Source: Callorhinchus milii (lineage: Eukaryota). From it: 64,000 bases of DNA. A program made the position numbers and the translations under genes. Location of the stretch: the NCBI RefSeq assembly GCF_018977255.1, contig NW_024704742.1, positions 47,990,001-48,054,000 of the forward strand. The letters are read 5' to 3'. The notes beneath the pieces were generated by a model. It did no database searches. It was given only the letters and a program-made list of their open reading frames with translations, and was not told the origin of the DNA. Shown here in pieces: positions 26,886 through 40,370 of the stretch (positions are counted from its first letter, which is position 1; every line of letters starts with the position of its first letter).

Positions 26886-27624
26886 CACTGGAGGCCGGTT
26901 AAGCCTGATACATCTGCTTAAGCGGGGACAGGCGTTTTGTCCAGCTTAAGGGGCGTCCGAGGTTAGTTGAAATATCATTCCCATCCAGCAGAGGAGCACC
27001 ATCAACACAGCATTATTAAAATACGAAATGATGTAATTTCACTTGAAGCAATGTTGACTAACCAAATAGAACACCAAGTATTTTAACCGAGGAGTTAAAG
27101 TTAAAATCCTGTACTTTCACAGAATACAATATAATTACCTTTATTTGGCTGTAAAGTACCCAGCAATTTCCTCCCTCCCATTGCCATTCCCATTGGACGG
27201 GAATGGGACCAATTAGCAGTGGCGCTGAGGTGATCGACAGCTTTGTGGCACTCCACCCACTCGCAAGTGGCTCAGCTGTCAATCAACCTCAATACTCCTC
27301 TCCGTTGTTCTTCCCTGTTCCTCCGCCCTTTACTGATTGACAGCCCAACTCCAGCCACTTGTGAATGGCTGGTGTCTGTTGTCAATGAATCTTAGACGCC
27401 TCCTATTTCCATCCCGGAGCCCTTCGTGGTTGAATGGACACACATAAGGCCTGAGTGAGTACATCCAGCGGCAACCAGCCTGGCATTTTGCTCGGATTAA
27501 CCAGATTTTTGTCTGAGTCAACCGCATTATTTAAAAAGGATACAAATGAGTTGGAGACGAGCGTTTTGTTCGATTTACCTATCGTCCGGGGTTAACTGTT
27601 GTCCGGCTAAAGTGGATTCCATTG
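26886..27624. mobile_element. Non-autonomous Tigger/pogo-like DNA transposon
   Basis: TA|CACTGGAGGCCGGTTAAGCC ... GGCTAAAGTGGATTCCATTG|TA; imperfect TIRs with subterminal TTAA/TCCG repeats. Confidence 0.68.
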
Positions 27625-29507
27625 TAGTTAAAAATGACGTAAAAATGAGTTTAAATCTGAATTCTTCTATATATAAAATCCCAAAACTAAAACATTGAAA
27701 ACAATTTCCACAGACTTCTGTAATTAATGTTTCAATGCTGTACAGCTTAAGAGTAAAACACAGTCTAAGTAAGGTTTGCACAGAGATTACATATTATAAA
27801 ATGCATAATGTATATACTGTGGTATGTACTGGGTACAGCAACTTATTCACTGATTGACTGTAAAAAAAACTCCTGACCCAAATTCAAATGAAATATGAGA
27901 TCTTGTTCCAGAAATAAAAGGGTGTGAGACTCCTAAAGGTACTAATTTAGCAAATTCAGATGCTATGCTTCTCTATCAGGACAAGAGGCCTCTCAACTTC
28001 ACAACACAAACTGAGTGAAAAACTGAATTCCAATAAAAGGATTTGAGGGAATGAGCTAGTGGCTGATAGCTAAATTTAGTAGGAATAAGATTGCTTCAAA
28101 TATTAATTCAGCCTCCTCACAGCTTTCCAACCTCTCTCACCCAAACAAAATTAGCTATCAGCACCAACTGTTTATATAATTATTGTATACTTCAATATAA
28201 GAGCACCTTTCATTTATTTTTGATGAAAATATTTGTTTAAATAAAACATTAAACATTTCTCTCATGATTGGGTAAATACAGCTCAGCTGGGTCGAATGTC
28301 TCACCAACCATGTTTATAGATGAGAAACATTAAAATCATGTTGTTGACTGTTTCTGCGCACGCAGTCCGTTGGCTCCTCTTCCTACACATAGTTCACTGG
28401 AAATGATGTCAGAGGTGACCTGGAAGTTGGCCAATTTTTAGAGCAGAAAGTCAGCTCGTCAGTGACAGAAACTAGATCGACAGGACTTCTGGTTAGTGCG
28501 GGGCCCTTTAAGTAACCCAGAGTTGTATTGAAATCTGCAGTTGTCTGATTCTAAAATAACTGCTGTGTCTCTTTCATCATGCCATAGACCATCCTGAAAA
28601 GAAATCCAGCATTCTCTGTGTTAGGGTATGGGATTCGAGTAAGTAGCTCCAGGGAGAAGCTATGGAGCAGTGCCTTGGGTCATCCTCCCAATTTGAAAGG
28701 TGCTATATAAATGTAATTTTATATTGTATATTACATATGGTCACATTGTGTCCTGACATTTCTGTGATTCTATGACTAAGGATATGTATTTAAATACAAT
28801 CCTGTTTGTGGTGAAATTGCTCTGATTAAATGAAAATTTCTAAGCAGATCTATCCTGATCTATTAACTGCACGAGATTCAACACTGTAATTCTTGTGTAA
28901 ACCTATGCTGGTGACTCTCCTCCCTTCAGATCCTAATCATACAGTTGGCACAATAGCATTGAGTATGACATAATCGTAACAAATTATCTCTTGCTTAGAA
29001 TTAAATTGTTTGACAGAAAAAAGACATAGAATTATTATATATTTGAATGCATTTCAGAATATTATTTATTATTCTGCATTTAGATTTGAATTACAGATAT
29101 AAAGACGGTTCACTTTATTATGGAGAAAACATTTCAGAAATTCTCTCTCGATGACTGCCTAGAATAAAATAAAGCAACAATTTTTTTTAACAGCAGCAAC
29201 CACTCAGAAGAGAAGAAAAGTGGTGCTTGAACTCAATCATCATGGAATGTGTAGCACATGGGTTTATACCTACAATTTCTAAATTGTTTGCTGTAGTCAG
29301 AAACGTACAAACAATTTTGTATTACTCTCATGTAGAGAGCTTTTGCCAAGAACAAACGTTTAATTATATTTCCACCCAGCAAACGTTGAGTACTTTTCAG
29401 TTTTTAGTTCAGGAATGATCTATGGCATGAAGGGAGAAATACAGCAGATATTGTAATATTGTAAGGTTGCGGCAGCCGGAAAAGAGGAACAAACAATTTA
29501 CTATTTT

Positions 29508-29625
29508 CCCTCCCCTCACCCTGACCATTTCCCCCCTGCTCGGGTCCTGACCCAACTGTACAGCGCCTTGGGACGTCCTCCCGACGTGAAAGGCGCTCTA
29601 TAAATGGAATCTTGTTGTTGTTGTA
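29508..29625 (+). mobile_element. L2 3' tail only
   Basis: Near-identical to the 3' end of the 7346 copy. Confidence 0.85.
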
Positions 29626-30137
29626 TTTTAAATCAATTAATAATAATCCTCCTTACATTTATACTTTACACTGTAAAGTGCACTGACTGTATTTTGTGGG
29701 CGAAACACAGCAGCGAATTGCCCATAGCAGTGGCATTGAGTTAAATTGTTGATCATATGGAACAAGAAGGTTTTGACTGAGATTAGAGAATAGAACACTA
29801 GTGGTTTTGCTCAATTTTTAAATCTTACCTCATTAATTTAATGGTTCTTTCACAATCTTGGTTATTATGCTGGCAAACACTTCCACGCAAGGTCAATGGC
29901 TAAATGGAAACTCCCCACTTGCAAATAGATGTGTACAGTAATCCTGAATAGGCCAGGGATTTTACACCAAATTCCACAGTTTGTATTAGGATGTGGAAAG
30001 CAGGAAACTGTTAGTTGTCTTCTTATCCTTAATTTTTTATGGCTAAATGCTTTGGCCAAGAACAAACATTTAATTAAATTTCCATCCAGTAAATGTTGAG
30101 TACTTTTCAGTTTCTGATCTTATGCAATCATATTTAC

Positions 30138-30341
30138 CTTGAGTTTGTCATGAGATGTATATGGAGCTTCTGGAGCATAGATTCTGAAGATGTCAGCCAG
30201 GCAGCATGCCACGAGCAGACGCACATCTTTGTTAGGGTTCCTGAGGAAGAATTCTGAAGCCAAGTGCAAAGCCAGTGGAAGGTATTGTTGTTTTTCATCT
30301 TCAGAGTCCTGGTCCATGTCCATGAATGTTTTAACCACCAT
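30138..30341 (-). CDS. PDS5A: PDS5A exon 3 (204 nt): [20 protein letters not shown]...YTSHDKLK
   Basis: Within ORF 30120..30362; acceptor gtgcag|ATG, donor AAG|gtaaat. Confidence 0.98.
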
Positions 30342-30472
30342 CTGCACAGGAATTCCAAACAATCAATTATATTTTATTATTATACCAAACAATCAATCTC
30401 ACATTCCATTCAAGGCTACAAATTATGTTTTGGCATATTTTTGGAAGAAAGATAGAGAAAGAAAAATTGTTT

Positions 30473-30735
30473 ATAATAATAATCCTTGCATTTGATATAG
30501 CACCTTATCACGTTTTCGAGACGTCTCAAAGTGCTTCACAGGATACACTGTAAAGTGAATTGACTGTATATTTTGTGGGCGAAACGCGGCAGCCAATTGC
30601 GCACAGCAGTGTCCCACAAACAGTCGTGGATTGAAGTGAGCAATTTGTTATTATTAGTTCTATTGAAGGGATTATTACCCCCAGAAGAGCGATCCGCCAA
30701 TCGACTAACAACCGAGTTCCTACTTACTGGCAAGT
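30473..30735 (-). mobile_element. SINE, same family, long variant, 5'-truncated
   Basis: Shared body and tail. Confidence 0.85.
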
Positions 30736-31026
30736 AAATAGTTATGAATGCGTTTATGAGGGTTTTGGCGGCCTGTGGCAGAGCCGGTCAATATTGCGGA
30801 GGTGGGGGAAGGTAGAGTGGGACATGGGACAGATGTGGGGTAGAAAGGATAACTGAGGGTCATAATGCACACAATTAACCCTCACTACACAAACCACAAT
30901 TAGAACTTTTATGGAAAATTACACATCCAAACAAAAAACTATTTTCACTAAAGATTTTGTTGTCTTCATGCTGAAATTCTACAAAACATTCCATGGGCGC
31001 AGAGACAAAAATCAGAAAACACCACC

Positions 31027-32266
31027 ACCAACAACAACTTGGATTTATATAGCGCCCTCCATGCCGGATGGCGTCTCAGAGGGCTTCACAGTAATGGATC
31101 CCGGGGCTGAGCCGGGGGAGGAAGGTGACCAAAGGCGCGGTTGAAAAGAAAGGTCTTCAGCAGGGACCTGAAAATAGGAAGAAAGGGGCCGAGGCGAAGG
31201 GAGTGAGGAAGGGAATTCCAGCGCCTCTGGGCATAGTGGCTGAAGGCACAGCCACCGAGGGTGGAGCGGAGGACTTGGGGGATGAGGAGGAGGCCAGACC
31301 CGGAGGAACGAAGGCAACGGGTACTGTTTTGAGGAGAAAGGAGGTCAGAGAGGTAGGGGGGGTGCAGAGAAGTGCAGGGACTTGAATACAAGGGTGAGGA
31401 TCTTGAAATCGATCCTCTCTGGGATAGGGAGCCAGTGCAGTCTGGCAAGGACTGGGGTGATCGGGGAGCGGAGTTTGATGCGGGTGAGAATGCGGGCGGC
31501 AGAGTTTTGAATGATTTGGATTTTATGAATGGTAGTGGATGGGAGACCGGCGAGGAGGGCGTTAGAATAGTCCAGCCGAGAGGTGACAAAGGCATGGACT
31601 AGGGTTTCAGTGGCTTTCGGAGAGAGGTATTGGCGGAGATGGGCGATGCGTCTGAGGTGGAAGAAAGCGGTGCTGGTGAGGGACCGGATGTGGGGGAGGA
31701 AGAATAATTGTGGGTCGAACCTGCGTACGGGTTCAGGGAGTTTTAAGGGGAGGTCGGGTGGGTGGAGTAGGTGAGAGCCGTAAGACTTGAGACGTTGACG
31801 AGAGCCAAAGAGTATGGCTTCCGTCTTGTCAACATTCAGCTGAAGGAAATTTGCGCTCATCCAGCCCCTGAGATCTGACAGGCAGTCTGACAGAACATCA
31901 GGGGACTGGGGGTCGCAAAGAGAGGTGGAAAAATAAAGTTGGGTGTCGTCCACGTACATGTGGAAATGTACCCCATGTCTGCGGATGACATCCCCAAAAG
32001 GGAGCATATAGATCAGAAAGAGGAGGGGACCAAGGATGGATCCTTGGGGTATCCCGCAGTTAACCGGGTGAGAGCGGGAGGAGAAGCCATTTGTGCAGAT
32101 GTACTGCTGGCGGTTTGTGAGGTAGGACTCGAACCAGGCGAGTGCGGTCCCACTGAGGTGGATGACAGAGGAAAGGTGGTGGAGGAGGATGGCGTGATCG
32201 ACTGTGTCGAACGCCGCAGAGAGAGGTCCAGGAGGGCAAGGAGGCAGAGGGAGCCCTGGTCACAGA
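31027..32266 (-). mobile_element. L2 LINE, 5'-truncated, RT fragments
   Basis: YVDDTQLY, LVHAFVTSRLDYSN, IQNSAARIL, RLHWLPI. Confidence 0.92.
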
Positions 32267-34889
32267 TAGAGACCCCACTTATAAGGCAACTGGGAAGATG
32301 TTACAGTAAATTAAAACATCTCAATTTGCATCTCCAGATTGCTTTAGCAAACTATTAGTTATGAAGCATGTATTGCTATATCAGTAGTATGTTGTGCTGT
32401 ACTATTTCCCACCTATTATAGGTCCTGTTAGTCAGATTTGACAGAATCGTATGTTATATTTGGCTCCGTGACCGCACTCGCTTCTCCTAAACCAATAACA
32501 GAAAATTTTGGAATACCCAAGAGGTCAAATTGCTACATCAAGTCTAAGTTGTCTATGAATGCATTTAAACCTGCAGTTTTGATCCAGTATCAACTTCTCC
32601 TCCACTTCTTGATTTTCCACCACCGTAATTCCAGCTAACTTTTGGAGGTGTGAAAATTGATCCTCAATTTATCTGAGAAATAACTTCAGTTTTGAATAAT
32701 ACACGTGCAGAAGGGTAACAACACGGAATGTCAGTTATTAGTCATATGCCACTTGTGCAAGCCTGAATCATAAAGTGCAATTACAATTTAATTCTGCTCA
32801 GGTAATAGAATTAATTCCAGCCAAATATTTAAACTTCAAGTGAATCTCTACATTAAGATCTGATTCTACCATTTTAGAAGATCAAATGGAGATGTTAAAT
32901 AGAGTTAATGATCGTTGCATGAATGGGCTAATAATGTATTCTATTGACACAATACAAGAATTACAATAGGGAAATTCATGTAAAATATGGGCACAGCATT
33001 ACTACGTGGCAGATCAGTTCTCAAACAGCTGAGGGCAGAGAGAATGCTAATTAGGATACGAAATTGCAACGTGTCCTTCGAATGTTTACACCTTTAACAT
33101 TCACTTTTAACACATTTTTATAGAAAAACCAAGTTCATTAGCTGGAACACAAAGTACCACAGAGGTTTGCAGTTAGACCACTAGAGCATAGAGTAACTTA
33201 CAAAAGGCTAAAATAGAACTTTTTTCAAACCCAACTTGTATTTTCCTACACAACACACAATTAAAAGGAAATTCTGATCTACGGGATAAAGATCATCAAT
33301 TTTATTTTAGTATCTTTGAAGCAAAACACTAGCAACATAAGGCAAGAAAGATTGCAATGATAGATGGATTTCAGAAGAAAGCCTGTATAGATTTTAAGAA
33401 GGAAAAAATCAACATGTTCCTGAATGAATTTGTTAAATAGTTTTCCTGTATGGTGTAAGGGTCATTCAATAATCTGTATAATAATTTTGGTAGCGGCCAC
33501 AGGGATTTCTTCCTCCACCAAATACCCACACTCCAACAAGGGTAAAAACGTACAAAAGGTGTCAGGCTGGCTCAGTCTGTAGCAGCGTCCCTTCCATATC
33601 AGAAAGTTGTGGGTTTAAGGTCCATATTGGAAGGTTGAACTCACAAGTCCAGGCTGATACTCCAAAGTAGTGCATTGTTGGCGGTGCTGTCCTTCAGATA
33701 CGATGTTTGAACGAGGTCCCGTCAGCGTTTGAAATGGATTTAAAGATCCCATGTTACTATTTGAAAAGAAATGGGAGTTGCTCCCACATCCTGGACAACA
33801 GTCAATGAAATAAAAATAGTTATGCACTCCAAGCCACTTGTGGCATAGTGATGTGCACAAATTGACTGCTGAATTTGCCTCAAAATCCACACAGTTTAAA
33901 GCACATCATGTGCAGCACTTTGAGACATCTTCCCAATGTGAATGGCAGTAGATCAAATGCAAGGATTTTTTTTAGTGTGCGCTACCAACAGCTCCCACAG
34001 ATTAAGTTCTCCTCCCATATTATACATTCGTTGGATAGGGCCATTCACTAGAAATAATAATTTGTACAATCACTGAGGGATTAGTGGAAACACACGCCAG
34101 AGAATTAGGTAGGATGTGAAGAGTAGGGTGGTAGAGTATTTGTATTAGAAGGATTGTGGAATGCTCTACCGCAAACGGTCACGATTGCAGAACCAAATGA
34201 GGTGTCTAAAAATTGAGATAGATACTTGGGAAGTTATTAAGGGACAAAGCAAAGAGTGGAAAAATAGATCAAAATGCTCAAGGGGCCACTGTACTATACT
34301 ATAATTTGTTATGAGCGACTTAATCTCCTTCTGTTAGTGCAAAATTCTCTACTAAATTTAACGTGTCATTTTAATGTGTAAATCCACATTTTATAAATGC
34401 TAGTTTTATAGAACTTTCTATTTTATTTCTGTCAGCAATTATACTTATGGTAGTTACACACAATACAAGGTACAGGTATAATTTGAAATAAAACTATAAT
34501 ATGTCGTATTTCAAACATCTTTAAAAGTGATATCAAAATGCTTATGTGTGAATGCCACAATATTGCTGAAGTTCCTTTATTATTTTTTGCTAAATGTATT
34601 CATAGAATATTTTCTAGTGTTAAGTTAAAACAAAGTAAAATTACTTACTGAATAAAATAAGATAGTATCTTCCAATGATAAATAAAATACTTTTCAGAAT
34701 GAACTATTCTGAGCAATGCTCAGATTTTAACATGGAAGAGGAGCAAAACTATCCCAACCAACAATTCTATATTTCTTTAGAGTTACAGGTTCATTAAGAA
34801 GGATTGACTCAACAATATATTCAGGAATGGACACATATTAGTATAGCAATTGTCAATATAATATCCCAGTTTTATTATACTGCAGAAAC

Positions 34890-35320
34890 TCAATAATCCA
34901 AGGATGCCTGGACCCTCATTCAGGCATTCATCACGCTACGGCTTGGCAATTCCAACGCCTCACTTGCCGACCTCCACCACTCCTTAATGCACAAGTGGCA
35001 GAACGCTGCAACCATTACTGTACCCCCACCACCCAATCCTCCTCCTCACTCAGCACCACTTGCTTACATCTCCCAAGGGATCCAATTCAAGATTCTCGTC
35101 CTCACAGTCAAATCTCACCCTTCCTCTGTGACCTACCACAATCCTATTGACACAGCTGCTCCCTTTGCTCGGGGGCCTGGTTAATATTTCCCACTGCACG
35201 CCATATCCGCAGCCCTATCCATCCCACCACTGATGGTCAATCTTTCAGCTATTTTACTCCCCGCTTTTCGAAATTCCATCATGGAATCCCTCCAATTCGC
35301 CACCTCCCTTGCTTTCCTGT
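34890..35320 (+). mobile_element. Degenerate L2 fragment
   Basis: IQFKILVLT motif and nucleotide similarity to other copies. Confidence 0.7.
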
Positions 35321-36549
35321 TGACTATTGTGGTTTGCATTCCCAGCATAGTTTTTAAAGCTCAGAATTCCAGCATTTGCAATGCTCCATTTCAACCCAAA
35401 TAAAAAAGCATCCTTAGTTCAGCGCTCCGAGATGCTACCCTTCAAGTTGTTGTTTTTGACTGTATTTTGTAGGTGAACACTCAATCTCCTAGAAGTCATC
35501 AGGAGAGAAACTATGCAATTTGAAGAAAGAATATTGGACTGAAGGTGCATCCCAGGAACAAGACTCTGTATGATGCAGTTCCAAAACAATGTTTTTAATA
35601 GTACACAGTTATCAGACATGATAACTGAATTTTGACTGAATTTCAAAGGCTCCAGAACAAGAGTCACTACAGCGGAATTCAGCTCCAGTTTTTAACAGTT
35701 AATCCCAGCTCGTGTTCAAACCTGTACCAGCATGGAAACTACCACATAGCTGGGTCTACTTTATGGGCTATTGCCACAAAAGCATTTGGAAAATTTCTCA
35801 GCATGAAATAACCTAACTTGCACTTTTTGCACAGCGTCATTGCTACAAGGATGATGTGCAATCTTTCTGTCTTGCAAAATGGCCTTGTGTCAAACTCAAC
35901 ATTAGTGCTCAATGGATAATTGACCATTTTGAATTATAACTAATGCATTTTTATATATGCCTTTTCACATAAAAATCTCCACAGTATTCACCTTTAAATG
36001 TAGCTAGCGACTATTTTGTAGGCGAATGCAACAGCCAATTTGAACACAGCAATTTCCCATAAAGTGCCAGGAAGTGAATGGCCAATTTAAATGCAAGATT
36101 TGTTTGCTAAGATTTCTTTTCAAATAATGTCACGTGTTGTATAATGTTTACCTTGGTTTAACATCTTATTTGAAGGATGGCACATCTGACAATGCAGTTC
36201 CCCCAACACTTCATGTGAGCTCAGCCTTGATCATTAGCTCAAAATCTCCAATATGGGACTTGAACCCACAGTTGGGGAGAAGGGGGAGTGATCATAGACA
36301 TCTTCAGATGTCTTTTTCCTATCTTCAGTTGGGAAATGTGGGGGCAAAGAGAAGGGATTGTGGCAAAGAATTCTAGTTTTGAGGCGTAGTTAGTGGCTGA
36401 AAGCATGGCTGCTGGTGGTGGAGCGGAAGGGACGAGGGACCTGCAGGAACTGGAACCAGCTGAGTGCAGGCAGCGGATTGTGGAGTGGGGTGTAAGCGGA
36501 TCAGATGGTAGGGAGTTTGTGAGGCCGAGTACCAGAGTATGAAGCGAAT

Positions 36550-39500
36550 GATACACGATTCAGAGGGCGGAGCCAGGACAGCGCGGGGAGGAGCCGAGTC
36601 TAGCGGGTGTATAAAGCCTGGCCGAGGTAAGCAGTCGCTGGTTCGGAGGGCGGAACGGAGCATCTGCAGAAAAACGACAAGTGACATCAACGTGATGTGA
36701 CACTCAAAAGACAAAACCAGAAAAAAAATCTTGGAACAAAAACCATAATCCAGAGTGAGGGAGAAGAGAATGGCATGACAGGTGTTGTGCAATGACTGCA
36801 GTATGTGGGAGTTGATGGAGGGCAGCCTGAGCCCGGGCGACTACATCGGCAGCAAGTGTCTGCAACTGAGGAAGCTCCAGCTTAGAGTAGCTGAGCTGGA
36901 ATCTGAGGTGCAGACATTGCACAGCATTAGGGAAGCTGAGAGCTTCCTGGGTAGTTTCTTCCAGGAGACAATCACTCCCCTGAGGCTCAGTATAGATCCC
37001 GCTACTTGTCAGGGACAGTGTGACTGACCGTCAGGCAGGAAAGGGAACCCCAGAGAGAATGGTGAAGAAGCCTCAGGCTTTAACCTTGTCCAACAGGTAT
37101 AAGGTACTTGCAACCTGCGTGGACAAGGAAATCTGTGAGGAGGAGGATGGGCAAACGGACCCCAGCACCTCTATACAGGAGGCCACACAGGTGGGGAGAG
37201 CAAAACGGAATGTAGTTGTGATAGGGGACGAGACAGTCAGGCGGACAGACACTCTTCTCTGCAGCCGCAACCAGGGGTCACGAACGCTCTGTTGCCTTCC
37301 TGGCGCCAGGGGTAAGGACGTCTCTTCAGGGCTGGAGAAGAACTTGAAGCAGGAAGGGGATGATCCAATTGTGGTGATCCACATAGGAACCAACAATATA
37401 GGTAGGACTGGTAATGACAACCTGAAGAGTGAGTTCAATGAACTGGGAATGAAATTAAAAGAAAGAACTTCCAAGGTGATAATCACCGGATTACTACCTG
37501 AGCCACGCGCAAATTCGTACAGGGACAAACAAATTAAAGAGTTAAACGCGTGGCTGAAAGAGTGGTGCGGGAGGCAGGGGTTTAGTGTTATGAGCCACTG
37601 GCACCAGTATTGGGGAAAAAGGGAGCTGTTCCATCGAGATGGGCTCCACCTTAACCGGGATGGGACCAATGTCCTGGCAAAACAATTACATAGGGAGATA
37701 GGCAGAGCTTTAACTATTACAGCTACAGTTAATCGTAACCCGGCATTGCAAGTAACAGTCATGGCTGTAGAGCAGAGTAACAACTTGGAAGATAAAGAAC
37801 AGATTGTGTCAAGGAGGGACAAAAAGCTCAACAAAGGAAATGCAGCATTAATGAGTAGGGGAAATAGTACGAGGTCAAAATTAAAGGCACGATATCTGAA
37901 TGCACAAAGCATCCATAACAAGATAGACAAATTAAGTGCACAAATAGACATAAATGGGTATGATCCAGTGGCTACTACTGAGAGATGGTTACAGGGAGAC
38001 GAAGGTTGGGAGTTAAACATTCCGGGGTATTCGACGTATAGGAAAGATAGGCAATGTAGAAAACGAGGTGGGGGGGGGTGCGGGGTGCGATCCTAGATCT
38101 TGTTTTGTGTAATGAAATAGGGCTAATCAGCAATCTCGAAGTTAAGGCTCCTCTCGGGCAGAGTGACCATAACATGATGGAATTTAACATTAAGTTAGAG
38201 AGTGATATAGTTGAATCCGAAGCAAGGGTCTTAAATTTAAATAAAGCTAACTTTGCAGCTATGAGAGAAGATTTGGCTAAAATAGACTGGGAAATTAGAT
38301 TTAAAAATGACGGTAAACCAGCAATGGCAAACGTTTAAAGATATAATACATAATTCCCAGCGATCATATATTCCCTTGAAAAATAAAAATACCACGGGAA
38401 AAGTGGTTCAACCTTGGCTAACTAGAGAAGTTAGGGAAAGTTTAAAATTAAAAGAAGAGGCCTATAATACTGCCAAAAGAACAGTAAACCTGAGGATTGG
38501 GAGGGCTTTAGAGATCAGCAAAGGAAAACCAAGAAACTGATTAAGAGGGAGAAAATGGAATATGAGGGTAAACTAGCTAGGAACATAAAGACAGATTGTA
38601 AGAGCTTTTACAAGTACATAAAGAGGAAGAGACTATCAGAAGTGAATTTGGATCCATTGCAGGCAGAGACAGGAGAAATTATAATGGGGAATAAAAAAAT
38701 GGCAGTCATTAAACAATTATTTTGCTTCTGTCTTCATGTTAGAGGACACTGAAAACTTACTGAAAATAGAGGGGAACCTGGAGGCTAATGTTCGTGAGGA
38801 ACTTAAAGAATTAAACATCAGTAAAGCAATAGTACTAGAGAAAATAGGATTAAAAAACGATAAATCCCATGGACCTGATGGCCTGCATCCTCGGGTTCTA
38901 AAAGAGGCGGCTGCAGAGATAGTGGATGCTTTGTTTTTGATCTTCCAAAATTCCCTGGATTCTGGAATGGTTCCCAGTGATTGGAAGATCGCAAATGTAA
39001 CGCCGATATTTAAGAAGGGTGGGAGACAAAAATGGGGAACTGCAGACCAGTTAGTCTGACAACGGTGGGAAGGAAAATTCTAGAGTCCTTAATTAGGGAC
39101 ATCGTCGTGGAGTACTTAGAAAATCATAACATGATTAGGCAGAGTCAACATGGCTTTACGAAAGGGAAATCTTGTTTAACAAATCTTATAGAGATTTTTG
39201 AGGATGTAACTAGCAGGTTAGATAGAGGGGAACCAGTAGATGTGGTGTATTTGGATATCCAGAAGGCATTCGACAAGGTGCCACATAAAAGGCTGTTGTG
39301 TAAGATTAGAGCCCATGGAATTAAAGGTAATATATTAGCATGGATTGGAGAGTGGCTAACAGGAAGAAAACAGAGAATAGGGATAAACGGGTCCTTCTCA
39401 GATTGGCAGGATGTGACTAGTGGAGTGCCACAAGGATCAGTGCTTGGGCCTCAATTATTTACAGTCTATATCAATGATTTAGATGAGGAAATAGAACTTG

Positions 39501-40370
39501 TATCTACATTTGCGGACGATACGAAGATAGTTGGGAGAGTAAGCTCACGAAGAATGCAAAGGGAAATAGACAGGCTAGGTGAGTGGGCAAGAAGGTGGCA
39601 GATGGGAGTATACCGTGGGGAAGTGTGAAGCTACTCACCTAAATAGTAAAAATAGAAAAGCGGATTATTTTCTAGAGGGGGAGAGACTAGATAGTGTTAG
39701 TATTCAGAGGGATTTGGGTGTCCTTGTGCACCAGTTACAAAAAGTTAGTATGTGGGTACAGCAAGCAATTAGGAAGGCTAATGCCATGTTGGCATTCATT
39801 GCAAAAGGGTTAGAGTACAAGGCCTTGGTGAGACCGCACCCAGAATATTGTGTGCAGTTTTGGTCTCCTTATTTAAGAAAGGACATATTCGCCTTAGAGG
39901 GGGTGCAGCGTAGATTCACTAGGTTGGTTTCTGGGATGAGGGGGTTGAGGATAGGTTGAGTAGGCCTATATTTTCTAGAATATAGAAGAATTAGAGGTGA
40001 TTTTATAGAAACCTATAAGATTCTTAAGGGTCGTGAGACTGTTTCCCCTGGTTGGAGAATCAAAAACTGAGGGTCATAGTCTCGAGATTAAGGGTCAGCC
40101 TTTTCAAACTGAGTTGAGGAAACATTTCTTCACTCAAGAGGGTAGTGAATTTGTGGAATTCTCTACCCCAGAAGGCTGTGGATGCTCAGTCCTTGAACAT
40201 ATTCAAGACCGAGATTGATAGATTCCTAAAGGATAGAGGGATTAAGGGATATGTGGATAAGGTGGTCAGATGGAGTTAGGTTAGAAGATCAGCCATGATC
40301 TTATTAAATGGTGGGGCAGGCTCGAGGGGCCAAATGGCTTACTTCTGCTCCTACTTCTTACGGTCTTATG
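36550..40370 (+). mobile_element. Near-full-length CR1-clade LINE, disabled: 5'UTR, ORF1 (Zn-finger/leucine zipper + SGNH esterase), ORF2 (APE + RT), 3' tail
   Basis: ORF1 CxxC..xxC, VVVIGD, IHIGTNN, DGLHLN. ORF2 YLNAQSI, GAILDLVL, SQHGF, KAFDKVPH, GVPQGSVLGP, FADDTK. Multiple frameshifts, ORF1 stop at codon 3 (ATG GCA TGA at 36770), tail ...tcttacggtcttatg. Confidence 0.93.

Noticed and set aside
30138..30341. PDS5B as alternative identity
   Set aside because: Diagnostic residues ([41 protein letters not shown]) match PDS5A as I recall the two paralogues
35400..35930. Possible decayed coding relic (similar impression at 9880-10720, 42720-43040, 44740-45000)
   Set aside because: No motif I can identify with confidence; needs tblastx or HMM search against transposon proteins
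37073..38020. 315-aa antisense ORF inside the CR1
   Set aside because: It lies in the antisense frame sharing third codon positions with the CR1 ORF, where stops are intrinsically rare; no recognisable motifs
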